A DNA stretch of 64,000 nt from Mnemiopsis leidyi (taxonomy: Eukaryota). The notes beneath the pieces are model-generated. The model saw only the letters and a program-made list of their open reading frames with translations. It was not told the DNA's origin and made no database searches. The stretch covers positions 9,850,715 to 9,914,714 of the forward strand of contig CM108483.1 in the NCBI GenBank assembly GCA_048537945.1, given 5' to 3'. Shown here one piece after another: positions 44,941-55,859 of this stretch (position 1 is its first letter; each line of letters starts with the position of its first letter). The translations under genes were made by a program, and so were the position numbers.

Positions 44941-45016
44941 ACAGACTTGAAGAAATCAGAACACCTTATAAATGTTCTTATTGCCAAATGGTAACAAATA
45001 AATTGACAGTAGTAGT

Positions 45017-45255
45017 AAAACATCTAACCTGCCGATGTTTGTTGAAGAGGGAGGATATCATGAGAGGGGCTTGATTAACACTGTCACCGCTGTTGTACAT
45101 GTTCCATTTTAACTGTACTTCATCCAAAGCAGGCTCCTGACATTTGTCATACAGTTCATCGACCTTGTTCATCCATTTACCCTTTTCTTTGGGATTGAGG
45201 AAGTAGAAGGAACCACTTCCTTGTTTTGCTAACGATTGTAGATAATGCTTGTTTC
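45017..45255 (-). CDS. PARP4-like copy B exon (…EDGNKHYLQSLAKQGSGSFYFLNPKEKGKWMNKVDELYDKCQEPALDEVQLKWNMYNSGDSVNQAPLMISSLFNKHRQ), approximate
   Basis: The ORF at 44978..45325. Paralog of 28164-28398. Confidence 0.6.
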
Positions 45256-45474
45256 CATCCTCTCTGCAATCAAAAATGATAATAATGTAAATAGAGATGT
45301 AATTTAGCATCGCGATTAAGCACAACTGATGAAGGAAAAAAACATAAGGAAAAAAACGGTCAGAAGTTGTTGGAAAATATGTTCTCGGAAAAGAAAATAT
45401 TATTTAAAAACAATTTTTCAGATGACAGTAAATGAAATAATAATAAAATAAAATAAAAATAATACTAAAATCAA

Positions 45475-45670
45475 CCTGGACAAAACTGAGAATATCCGGA
45501 TGTGAGAAGGAAGAAGTGTAGCTAGATTTAGTGACATATCGGGTTGAGTTACCACTCCGTCACTTACAAGAACCAAGTTTACTATGTCCTGACTATCTTT
45601 GTAGAGCAAATATTCGTGGTAAACTGAACTCCACAGCTCAGCGCAATATTCCCGGGGTCTTAGGATGTGC
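45475..45670 (-). CDS. PARP4-like copy B: vWA C-terminal exon (…LLYKDSQDIVNLVLVSDGVVTQPDMSLNLATLLPSHIRIFSVLS), approximate
   Basis: The ORF at 45418..45609. Paralog of 28522-28716. Confidence 0.6.
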
Positions 45671-45814
45671 TATCGAGAAAACTTTATTATAAATCGTCGA
45701 CAAGATTTATCCAAATTTGCGATGTAAAGAGAATACTGCAGGAATATAACTAGAGACACGGTTTTGATGGCCTTTTAGTTTGATGGCCTCATTTTCTATA
45801 AAAAACAACAAACC

Positions 45815-45970
45815 TTCAAAAAGTAAACGGCAAGGTCTTTGTTGGTTTTGTTTCCGACCAAATAATCAGGAAAACATTCGGTTCCATGACCGACACCGAC
45901 ACTCGAAATATTGAAGAGACAGTTGATTGGTAATCGTTCTATCAACAGCATCGCTTGCTGAACAGTTTCT
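45815..45970 (-). CDS. PARP4-like copy B: vWA middle exon, approximate
   Basis: Nucleotide-level paralogy to 28872-29026. In copy B the upstream intron is only ~100 bp, against ~4.3 kb in copy A. Confidence 0.5.
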
Positions 45971-46088
45971 GAACGTATAAGTTAGTGGTGAAATGACATA
46001 GTCATATTCTCTTTTCCAATTTAACGCAAACTTGACATCAATATTAACAAATGTCGAATGAAGGGATATTTAGATTTGAAGCGTACCT

Positions 46089-46323
46089 TTCCACTTCGTC
46101 TCCATAGACTTAGAACAGTCAACAAGAATCTTGACTCTGTTTATGTTGCCAACAGAGTTAACAGAAATGTCAGGATAAAAAGTAAGCATGGCTGCCTCCG
46201 TTTTCCCGCTCTTTTCTACCCACATTCTAGGTCGATTAACCTCGGACACAGAAATTCGAAGCTCGAAGTCCTGGTGGGGCTGCAAGACTCCTTTCCATTT
46301 GATCATAGCCAACGTGTCTGTCA
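46089..46323 (-). CDS. PARP4-like copy B: VIT end and vWA start (MTDTLAMIKWKGVLQPHQDFELRISVSEVNRPRMWVEKSGKTEAAMLTFYPDISVNSVGNINRVKILVDCSKSMETKWK-G)
   Basis: The ORF at 46070..46324. Paralog of 33307-33544. Confidence 0.7.
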
Positions 46324-46458
46324 TCTGAAATAATATTGCACGTTTGAAGCAGGCTATTTATTTTGAACCTTAGTCCGTACTTTTTACACAGAAATCAGCC
46401 CAAATTGCGAATAAGATATCGGCAATCAGAATAGGAGAACTAAGAATTTGAAAATAGT

Positions 46459-46637
46459 ATCTATCACCTTGACGTTGAGAGAGTGTGTGTAGGAGAAGAT
46501 GTTGAGTATTTTGAAAGGCATGGTTATGTTAGCTGAGATGTTGAACACTGTCTCGGATGACGTCACTAAATCAGTCTCGGTTGTCAGTTGTGTCATTTTA
46601 TCAACTCCGGTACTGTTGCTGCTCAGCAAACTTGGAA
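46459..46637 (-). CDS. PARP4-like copy B: VIT exon, approximate
   Basis: The ORF at 46426..46653. Paralog of 33679-33857. Confidence 0.6.
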
Positions 46638-46994
46638 CTGAACAGAAGAACAATTAACCAAACAAATCTAAATTTTGATTTAGAAACTAAATGATCTTTT
46701 TTATGGCAAATACTTTTAGAAGATTCCAAACCAGTAAAAAATCAAGATCAAACATACCAGTAAACAGAATGTCGTTGTCTTGAACAGTGAGTTCGGTGAC
46801 GTATATTATCTTGATATGAACAATGACGTCCCCAGCAGGAATATTTCCAAGAGATAAGGAGAACAGATCCTATGTAAAAAGGTTACCTCAAAACAGACGT
46901 TATTTATGGATAGGGAAACGGCAAAGAAATATGAATCGAAGTATTGTACCAAATGAAACGCTCATGTTTCAGTGACTATTTGTAAGCTTTCGAA

Positions 46995-47895
46995 CATACA
47001 CTGTGTTCATGGTCACACTGAAAATATAATTATGTCTATCACAATAAGTAGCACACTATAAAAGTCTAAACTGCACACAAAAATGTTACGATTCAATTCA
47101 ATTATCAACACACTGCAACACAATAATCACTCGGTACTAACGACGATCAATGTAAATACACTATATAAAACTTTACTAAAGTACAATAAGCTGGCCATGT
47201 ACAATTCCAGGTCAAAACTCGTTCAGAGATAAGATCTGTAATTGCCCATAATCAGTAAAGATAACACGCCCTATTAAAGAAATATTACATAATATTAAGA
47301 GGAATAGACCATTCTTGCGTATTAAGACTCTGCTTTTCAAATTTAAGGTAAATACTCTCCATGTATTTTATGGGTCAAACGGTCATCTTCATCCTTCTTC
47401 AGCTAAAAGCGCCCTGCTCAGGCATATGGACACTAATCCCTTGTGTGAGTTTGATTTTGACACGATTAAAATTTTGGATAAGTGTGAGCAAGACCTTAAG
47501 CTTAGATACATGGAGAGTATTTACCTTAAATTTGAAAAGCAGAGTCTTAATACGCAAGAATGGTCTATTCCTCTTAATATTATGTAATATTTCTTTAATA
47601 GGGCGTGTTATCTTTACTGATTATGGGCAATTACAGATCTTATCTCTGAACGAGTTTTGACCTGGAATTGTACATGGCCAGCTTATTGTACTTTAGTAAA
47701 GTTTTATATAGTGTATTTACATTGATCGTCGTTAGTACCGAGTGATTATTGTGTTGCAGTGTGTTGATAATTGAATTGAATCGTAACATTTTTGTGTGCA
47801 GTTTAGACTTTTATAGTGTGCTACTTATTGTGATAGACATAATTATATTTTCAGTGTGACCATGAACACAGTGTATGTTCGAAAGCTTACAAATA
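46995..47895. mobile_element. Near-perfect ~900-bp foldback (palindromic) element: ~370-bp inverted arms (46995-47370 and 47520-47895) around a ~150-bp centre. It is inserted in a copy-B intron and absent from the orthologous copy-A intron.
   Basis: gtgttcatggtcacactgaaaatataattatgtctatcac… is the reverse complement of …gtgatagacataattatattttcagtgtgaccatgaacac. The flanking exon sequences (VIT) align between the paralogs without it. Confidence 0.85.
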
Positions 47896-48044
47896 GTCAC
47901 TGAAACATGAGACGTTATTTAATAGATAGAATAAAATCAAACGATTAATCAAATATTGGGGCTTAAAGGAATTTCAGCTAAAACTTGTAGATTAATGTAA
48001 CAAGTCAACAAATTCAAATGAAAAAAAATTGTCTAGTGTTACCG

Positions 48045-48177
48045 GTTCTTCCTGCTCCATCAGATATGCTCCATGACCGGCCGCCACTGCTTGTCTGTAC
48101 TCTCTTCTTGCTTCTTCTTTCTTCTTCAGCTGTCCCACGATGTGTTTATCTCCGATGTAGGCTTCAAATCCGCTCAC
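48045..48177 (-). CDS. PARP4-like copy B: VIT exon (SGFEAYIGDKHIVGQLKKKEEARREYRQAVAAGHGAYLMEQEEP), approximate
   Basis: The ORF at 47992..48177. Paralog of 34257-34390. Confidence 0.65.
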
Positions 48178-48494
48178 TGATTAATGACGTTTTCCGTACA
48201 CGCCATTTCCCAGGAAGAAATGATAAGACAATAAAAAATATGGAAATAAATTGAATTGTTTGGTTCTAAATGGACGAATTGAAAAACATTTATATAGCTA
48301 ACTTAACTAGTAACTACCTGCGCATCCCTCACTCAAGGGGAAGACGAACTTTGCCTCCCGTTCTTCATCGCAGTAACTGTGATACGACTGAAGAACAATA
48401 ACCTGACCTAAAAATTGTGAAATTTGTAGTTTGTTGGTTTTTACTGTTTCCGGGAGCCACTCCCCAGCCAGCTACCTGTTACATTAGAGGAGGA

Positions 48495-48830
48495 AAAGTG
48501 TTAATAGGGGGTCCAGAGCAAGCAAACGCTAAGGGCTTGGGTAGCTTAGTGATTATAGCAACAGTCTGGATAACTGGAGATCTCGGGGGTTAAATTCCCG
48601 CTCCAGTCCCCTCGCCTTATTTTCCAACCGGGCTTCTGATTGATGCACATGCCAGATCCTGTTGCTTGCTCACAACCCCCAATTAAGATTATAAAATACA
48701 CCCCGGTAGCAAGTTGGCAATGCTGTACCTTGAACAACCAACAGTGTGTAAAAACATTCAGTTCTTGCTTCCAACAACATTTTCTCATTTACATAGGAGA
48801 AAAAATTCCCCCGAACTACAAACCAGAAGA
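48495..48830. mobile_element. tRNA-derived SINE insertion in a copy-B intron (head gggcttgggtagcttagtgattatagcaacagtctggataactggagatctcgggggttaaattcccgctccagtcccc, with box A-like TAGCTTAGTG and box B-like GGTTAAATTCC)
   Basis: About 330 bp are present in copy B between conserved flanks (…gaggaggaaaagtg | … | cccgaactacaaac…) and absent from copy A at 34690-34745. Confidence 0.65.
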
Positions 48831-48919
48831 TTTTAACGAGCATAGACAGGACATAACTTAGAAATTTCGCAAAGCTGCTAGCCTGATGAAAATTCCTCAC
48901 ATACTCCTAGAACTTACCG

Positions 48920-49085
48920 ACCATATCAGTGATGTTAGCGACTACATTGACCGTAGAAAGAGGAACTGGACTACCCTGAACTACAAGACCGATATCTACA
49001 GATTTGACGACAGTTCCATCCAGTATGTCATCAATGTCTAGAGCAGCAATTTCTTGGTTTTCACCATCGTCAAATTCTTCCTCCT
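48920..49085 (-). CDS. PARP4-like copy B: linker exon, approximate (paralog of 34850-35016)
   Basis: High nucleotide identity to copy A. Confidence 0.5.
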
Positions 49086-49228
49086 GAATTCGATTTAGAT
49101 TTGAGGCATATGAAATACGTGCTTATCTTTATAAATGCGATGTGACATGGTGTCATTGAGAATATGCATTGTGGGTGCATGTCTTCAACAAACAAAGAAA
49201 GGATCAATAACTTTTGAATCAGTTTCTA

Positions 49229-49416
49229 CCTTTTCGTTAGAATAAGATGTTTCAACAGGGGGAAATAAAAAGTTGGGATCAGGTATTACTCCAAACTCGA
49301 TCAGTCCGATAATTTTGATACGATTCGTGTCGAAGATGCAGAATTCTCGGAAGTCAAAACTCGACAAATCATCTTCAGAACGAGTTGTTGAAACCACGGA
49401 ATCATACCTGTAGAGA
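49229..49416 (-). CDS. PARP4: PARP4-like copy B: PARP catalytic C-terminal exon (…YDSVVSTTRSEDDLSSFDFREFCIFDTNRIKIIGLIEFGVIPDPNFLFPPVETSYSNEK), approximate
   Basis: The ORF at 49185..49397. Confidence 0.7.
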
Positions 49417-49957
49417 AATTGGGAAATTTAAAAATATAAAATGTGGAAGTAGCGCAGCAAAGAACTCTGTAGGGCTTTCAAAGATTATCAAAACTCTTTT
49501 CCAATGTAACTTACCCAGTAGGAGGAGCAGATATACCCTGAAGTTCCTTGGAAGTAGCGTACTGGTTTCCTGCAACTACTTCACAGACTACTAGGAACAT
49601 AGTCCCTCTGGGGGAAGTTTCACTGGGGTGCAAGTATCTGATACTGTCCCTGAAAATACTCAAGGTATGATACGCTGTTAAGTTCATTCAAGCACATGTG
49701 TAATAACAGCTTTCAGTCTTGAATATAGCAAGTTTCCTTTGACAAGAAGCACTGACAAAGCATTTTAGACTCACATTGGATTTTCTGAAAAGTAGATTCC
49801 TCGACCCAGACGACCATGATCACGTCTTATGATACCAAGTTCATTTTCAATCTAAAAATTGATTAGGAATGTCAAAATAAATTCGCCATAAAAACAGACC
49901 TCATGAATTCCTCAAGCATGCCAAAACCAAATCTCGCAAAGTCTGTTAACAGCCTAC

Positions 49958-50120
49958 CTGCCAGGGTAAAACAAGACCCCGAGACAAGACACCCCACATA
50001 TTGGAAGTGGCAGTGGCATGATAGAGAACTTTTTTAGGAGCAGAGGGGTACCGGACTTGCTGCATCACGGAAGAGGGGTGTTGCAAAGAGTAGTACATGG
50101 TCGGATAACCGCTGTCATCT
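49958..50120 (-). CDS. PARP4: PARP4-like copy B: PARP catalytic exon with the His motif (…VLYHATATSNMWGVLSRGLVLPWQ), approximate
   Basis: The ORF at 49946..50149 has donor cag|gtaggc. Confidence 0.7.
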
Positions 50121-50204
50121 CTGTAAATGTTGGTTTCGATAACTGGCAATTTCGGATTGCGAAATAATTGTTATCTCACGTAGATCAAACTTAAATGAAC
50201 TGCT

Positions 50205-50290
50205 GTTGTTATTAATGATTGTTATTAATAATTGTTATTAATTGTTATTAATTGTTATTAATTGTTATTAATAATTGTTAATAGTTAATT
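50205..50290. repeat. AT-rich minisatellite (taattgttat-like 10-11-bp unit x ~8) in a copy-B intron
   Basis: attgttattaataattgttattaattgttattaattgttattaattgttattaataattg. Confidence 0.8.
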
Positions 50291-50606
50291 GAAAACCTTT
50301 ATGTGACTAGACTTACTCAATGATTTTTATAGCTGACTGAAATTCTTTTCTTGTAATTGGCGCCAGAGTAATTTTACAACCCAATGCACGATAAATATCC
50401 TCAGTTGTCGATATACCTAGATATTAAACTAATAATATGGGGAATAGCAATACAGAATGAAAAATATGCCCGCAGGACTGAAGCAGAACCAATAATTCGG
50501 TAGTACCATACGTACTCAAATAGCGAAAAGACAGCAAAGCTGACTGAATTGTTCATTGTTTAAAATAATGATAGTTACCTTGCGATAGAGGAATACGGTC
50601 CTTCAG

Positions 50607-51173
50607 GATCCTGATCCTGTCTAAAAGTACCACCAATCCAGATTGTTTGGCAAAACTCTCCATTTTAGTAACTCCAGCTGAACTCAACTCCTTAGTCAAT
50701 GCAGCAAACAACTCAAACCTATCAGTTGAGTTTTTTACCGTTGCGTCCATCAAATCCAACGCGATACTTTCTATCCTCACGGCCTTTGGTAGGGTTATTT
50801 CACCGTCACCAAGCTCATCTAAAGCATCTTCCGCCGAATCCCAGAGAAATTTAACCAATGATAACACTCTCATTTTATGCGGAAAAATATCCAACTCAAG
50901 ATCAACTTTCTCTTTCTTAAAAGGTTTCTTATCTCCCCATGTCTCATTGAGAGCATGCTGTTCTTTGTAAGATCTTTTTGAGACAGCTGAGTAAACAAAG
51001 ATAGCCTCAGTTCGATCTGTCAGGTCCCAAACTTTGCACTCCAACTTAGAACCACGCTTAACGACTCGATACTTTGCTGGGGGTTTAAACCAGAGTTCGG
51101 TTTTGTTGACATAGCAGAACTTCAACTTGACCATTTCTTTGTGGTCCAGTGTGGAGACAGGATACTTCGTGAC
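50607..51173 (-). CDS. PARP4-like copy B: large exon between the BRCT and catalytic domains, approximate
   Basis: The ORF at 50553..51134 is 95% identical to copy A (36422..37027). Confidence 0.6.
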
Positions 51174-52504
51174 TGAAATTTATAAAATCAAGCCATCACA
51201 ATCGGTATCGCAAAGGGACCCAGGGGGTTGTGAGAATCACGTCTTAAAAGATCCTATTTTCGCGTAATTTAGGATTCATTGTGAACTTTTTTTTAGGAGT
51301 TTTTCTGTAGTCCTATTATAACAAGAATTGCGCTGCTTAGTTAGGTGTCAGGCGGACGCTTGATTTCCATCTCTCTAACTCTAAGGAGCTACTTTCATGG
51401 CATCTACCCTCACATAGAAGCAATTGAGCAGCAAATACTGTAAATGAAATTTTAGTTACAAAGACTGCTTGAAGGAATTATACAGCCGCTAACACAGCGC
51501 TGGCAAGCGCAATCGTCTTTATTTTCTCTTCCTCGAATTGGCCGAAAGCCGCTGCCTTTTTAACCATAACATTTGCGACTAGAAAATGAGCGAGACCCGT
51601 ATTTTTGATTCATCTTCTTCGGTCCATTAAAGCGGTTCATTCTTTTAATATCACTCATTTTCGTCGTGAAATTAACAAAACTCAAAAGACGGTCAGGTGA
51701 CACCCAAGTTTTAAGTTTTGGTACATTATACTACAATAAAAACATTGAAAACTGGAAGTGGAACAATTTAGCCTCACGTTGCGGCCCATTCTCACAATTT
51801 GATTTAGCTTCTGTGATGATACCGAATGTAGATATACACTGCATATTGGTTAAGAAACATTAAATCGGCCTTGAAGTTTTAGCAATAAAAAACAGACTTA
51901 AAACTCAGCTTGCGCTGATACCCGACTCTCTTGCCGCACAACATTTCGTCAACTTGAAAGATTAACTAAATTGATACACAATGCAGGTGCAGCCGAGCGA
52001 GATTATCTAACATTTGCATCCATTGTACGATTCATGCAGTCAGATGCAATAGCTGATTAAATTGCGATGTGTTTATTGCGATGTTTTTAAAAAGTCGTTC
52101 TTTTGCCCATTGCCGCAACGTGAATTTACCGGTCTATCACAAATAAGGAAGGAAAAAATGTTCATAATAAGCTACTGGACCATAGCAGTGCTTCAACTAT
52201 AAACCAGAGATAATTCAGATAAGAATTGAATATAATATTGACTAAGGAATTCGGTGTAATACCCAGATAGTGATACGTACGCCGCGTATGCAACGCCGAA
52301 ATGGTAACGGTAGCGCACGCAATGTGTTAAATTGGTTTGACAGCGGACACCGCCATGGATATAAAACGGCACCCTACCCCCCTTTCACGACCACCACTTT
52401 AAACCATCTATTTTACTTTTTTGCCCTCGGCAAAATGTATTAGAGATGGAAAAAATCAAAATGTTTACCAGACGAGAGAATTTCCTGTTTCCGCTCCCTG
52501 CTTA

Positions 52505-52600
52505 GAATTGACGGCTCATTTTCCGCACCTAGATTTAGCTGGAATTTTCCCGAATCTGTTTTCTCTTGAGCACTGAACTCCGCATAGTGCTCGTAACTCT
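52505..52600 (-). CDS. PARP4-like copy B exon (SYEHYAEFSAQEKTDSGKFQLNLGAENEPS…), approximate
   Basis: Acceptor cag|AGTTACGAGC. Paralog of 37340-37468. Confidence 0.45.
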
Positions 52601-52739
52601 AACAGAAAAAAGAAAACTCCAGTCAAGCTTGGATTATGATTTTAGGTATTTATACACCCTGACAATAAATTGGGGGAAATCTAAATTTTGTTTAAAAAAT
52701 TTCACCAAAATTACCTGTTTTATTCCTAATGCAGTTGAC

Positions 52740-52865
52740 TCGTCTATGTAACGTTCTGACACAACTGGAATACCAAGCTTCTTGCATGTTTCACCCCTAG
52801 AGCTTTCTTTGAACTTTAGCACGTTCGAACTCAAAACACAGCTCACCTTTAAGTGAGCAGTTTTA
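52740..52865 (-). CDS. PARP4-like copy B: BRCT second half, approximate
   Basis: The ORF at 52634..52846 (…VLSSNVLKFKESSRGETCKKLGIPVVSERYIDESTALGIKQ). Confidence 0.55.
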
Positions 52866-52978
52866 TTAGCGTCGGGAATTCCATTTAGCTATCTACTTTT
52901 TAAATGCAAAAATATAATCGCAATTTTGCAAATGCTTTTCTTCTGTAAGGTTACAAAAAATTTGTGATTAAAACAAAC

Positions 52979-53110
52979 CTTTTTGTTAAGACTAAATGAC
53001 ACTTGTCCTCCCCCATCAACTACTGCATTTTTTATCCGGGTTTTTGTCTTGAAATTGTAGCTGGTACCATCGATAAAGATGACATCGCCACGGAACAAGA
53101 ATTCGCTCAT
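52979..53110 (-). CDS. PARP4: PARP4-like copy B: first coding exon, BRCT N-terminal half (MSEFLFRGDVIFIDGTSYNFKTKTRIKNAVVDGGGQVSFSLNKK)
   Basis: The ORF at 52889..53110 has its ATG at 53108-53110 on the - strand and donor aag|gtttgt at 52973-52978. Confidence 0.7.
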
Positions 53111-53127
53111 TATCTTATGTAACCTTC

Positions 53128-53142
53128 ATGCTATAAATAGTA
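53128..53142 (-). promoter_or_regulatory. TATA box (ctatttatagc on the - strand) ~30 bp upstream of the copy-B start codon
   Basis: The - strand reads …cactactatttatagcatgaaggttacataagataATGagc. Confidence 0.4.
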
Positions 53143-53629
53143 GTGAAATTAGATCGTCGCGTTTGTTTTAATATTTAGCATTATGGTAATATGGATAATT
53201 TCAGTTGGATCGCAAGCTTATCCACTATTTGCAGATAATTTGACTAGCAAAGTTCCGATTTAACCCCTAATTTCACCTTCAAATATAAGATTCAATGATA
53301 AGAAAACCTTTATACGACAAACGATAATATTTAATGTAAAGAGGTGAATATAATCAGTTGATATAAATTAAAGGATAAGCACAACAAACGCAACTCAGCG
53401 ATAAATCCTCCTCAGTTAACTCTTCTCAAACAAATATACTCCACTGATAAACAGGTTATCGTTAACTGTTTTTGTTTTCTTCGCCACAAGTCATCTCAAA
53501 ACCAGAAGGAAAATCACATCAAGACACGAAAACAAAAATGGAGAAAATAAGATCAAGCCAGCTTGTCGCATTCTCATTTGCTTCGTTTTTTTTCAAGTTT
53601 CGGTTGATTTTTCAGCCGCCTGACTCTGT

Positions 53630-55490
53630 AGCTTTCCCATGATATCGTAGTTTGGTAACATGACTCTTGTAAAGTCTGGATGAAGACATGGAACAGGTAG
53701 CTTAACCAATCCCTGAAAACGTGATAATTACATTTCTAGAACTGATGTTTGATTTACGAAGAGATAACTTGACTGTGAAAGAAGAAAGCTGCAAAAATAG
53801 TATGAAGTAGGTACCAAAGGGTAAGTTTTAAGTACGCGTTTCATTCTTGTCTTCCCATCCTTTGGCTTCGTTTCTTCCCAAAACTCATGAGCTATATCGT
53901 CATCATCGTCTCTACTCAATGAGCTGAATGTTTGTTGATTATTTCCGCTGATTAAACTATATACTTGTAAGTAACTATTTAACTACACTATATGTTTTCT
54001 TTACAACTCAATAAATCTACTTCAGCTTGCTACGCTGTAACATCCAGTTCACATCTGATCTACATTTATGTTAAAATAAGCTTGCGTGCATGATGCTTCA
54101 TTTCTGTGTTAATCAGCAAAATATTTTTCGCGCGCGACGTAAAAATTACCAAAAAGTTAATTCAGGACAGCTGGAACACACGTTCGCTTAGAAATTCCAA
54201 ATGATTGCTGGTATTTAAGTTTTAACTAACCTTCTACGTTCCCTCACTACAACCAAACTGTTGGAGGTCTGCTCTGATTTATTTGGGGAGGTGGAAGAAC
54301 CCCGGATGTAGTTGGATGTTTTCTTGTAGATGTTACTGGCGGAGTTACCCATACATAACCTGCGGTTATAATCTGGCTTTCGTTTGAAACGATGATAAAA
54401 TGAAGCATTGATTTGATGGACAATCTTGACAGTGACTGAGTGTAGATAAAATTGTGGATTTAGCAGTTAGCGTTTTATTGTAGACAAAAAGCGTGAAAAG
54501 AGTTAACTTACCTTATAGCATAAAACAAGAATACGACTATCCAAAAAGAGTAGAACCAAAGTTTTGAGGGTCTCCTATACCAAGGATCTGTAAGCGTTGG
54601 ACAGGTACTGGGCTTGGTGATGGAGTCGTAGAATGAAGGTGGGACGCACTGTGGTAACTGATCAACCATACATTAACTGTTAAGAAATGAGGTTATCGCT
54701 TTCACGGTATAATTGAAGCTTTCTAGTCTACATCATACCAACCTCGCAAACGCAAAAGGCAATGCATCTAATCGTAGTGAAGTGGGTTTTTTGTTACCTT
54801 TAGAATCAGTAAATTAGAGCTCCCTTAGCAATAAAAGTAAGAGGACTCGACTCCACATAAATAGCAATAATAATTCTATAATTTTTTACACAACAACACC
54901 TAATGATTCTTCAATAAATACAATGGAGGAAGACCAGAGGTAAACGTGTACGAAACCCCCTATAATCAACAAACTCAGGATCATGTAGTCTATAATAAAT
55001 TATTCACGATCTGGAAGATCTAGTGCTATACATATCATCATGTTCCCTGTCGCCCATTCCCAGATTTTCTTCAATGATCGGCACATCCTTGGGCACTGGC
55101 AGTTTCTCCAAGGGTATGACTGTGTTTAACGAGTCTTCAACTTCTTCCTTGGTTGGCTCTTCAACAGCTGAATTTGATCCTTCAGAGTCCTGATTCTCAG
55201 ATATCAATTGCTCATCTTGAAGTATTTCAGCTGATTCTGGCACTATCTGACTTGCATCTTGAGTTATTTCAGCTGATTCTTGCACTATCTGACTCGCAAG
55301 ATCTTGTATTGCCTCTGTATCGTTGGAGGAAGAAACATCGGACGAATCGTCTATAAGAACAGCTTCTTGGATGATTTTGATAGTATCGGTTTCAACTTTG
55401 ACAGCTTCCTCAGGTGATTTATCGGGAAATTGTGCCTTAACTTTCTGGTATATAAATGAGGAGCCAACTTGAGCTTGGTGGAACACAAAA
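53630..55490 (-). CDS. Unidentified multi-exon gene (approximate span): TM-helix exon at ~54520-54650 (…LPQCVPPSFYDSITKPSTCPTLTDPWYRRPSKLWFYSFWIVVFLFYAIR|gtaag), acidic internally repeated exon 55004-55486, small exon 53819-53919
   Basis: ORFs at 55004..55486 (repeat ASQIVQESAEITQD / ASQIVPESAEILQD) and 53728..53919 with donors. No homolog is recognised. Confidence 0.3.
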
Positions 55491-55714
55491 CTGCAACCTG
55501 AGACAAAACACCGTGAAAATTTGCTGAACCTAAGGAATAGAAAATGTGCTTATCATCAAATACCTATCATCAATAAAGAGCGGTATTCATTAGGTAATTT
55601 ATTTATCATCATATTTGATGGCTCTTAGTCCTTAAATGCCACCCCGGTTAGGGCAACAATGATCGATTAACCAATCAAACAAAATCGATCTCTGATTCAT
55701 ATGGATGGCAGAAA

Positions 55715-55805
55715 GGAGAGTAGAACGGATAGTGGAGAGGGTAAAGTAGAAAATGGAAAGTGGCGAGTGGGGAATGGAGAGTGGAGAAAGGAAAGTGTAT
55801 AGAGC
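55715..55805. repeat. GA-rich minisatellite (ggagagtRgaRa-like ~12-bp units)
   Basis: ggagagtagaacggatagtggagagggtaaagtagaaaatggaaagtggcgagtggggaatggagagtggagaaaggaaagtg. Confidence 0.6.
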
Positions 55806-55859
55806 TATATAGAAGAAAGTGGAGTCTAGCTAGGATCCCTTCATAGTGGTTAAATTCTT

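Noticed and set aside
47315-47660. ORFs at 47315..47587 and 47361..47660 in the centre of the 900-bp foldback
   Set aside because: They lie within or at the palindrome centre of a non-autonomous foldback element. There is no homology, and they are partially mirrored by the arms.
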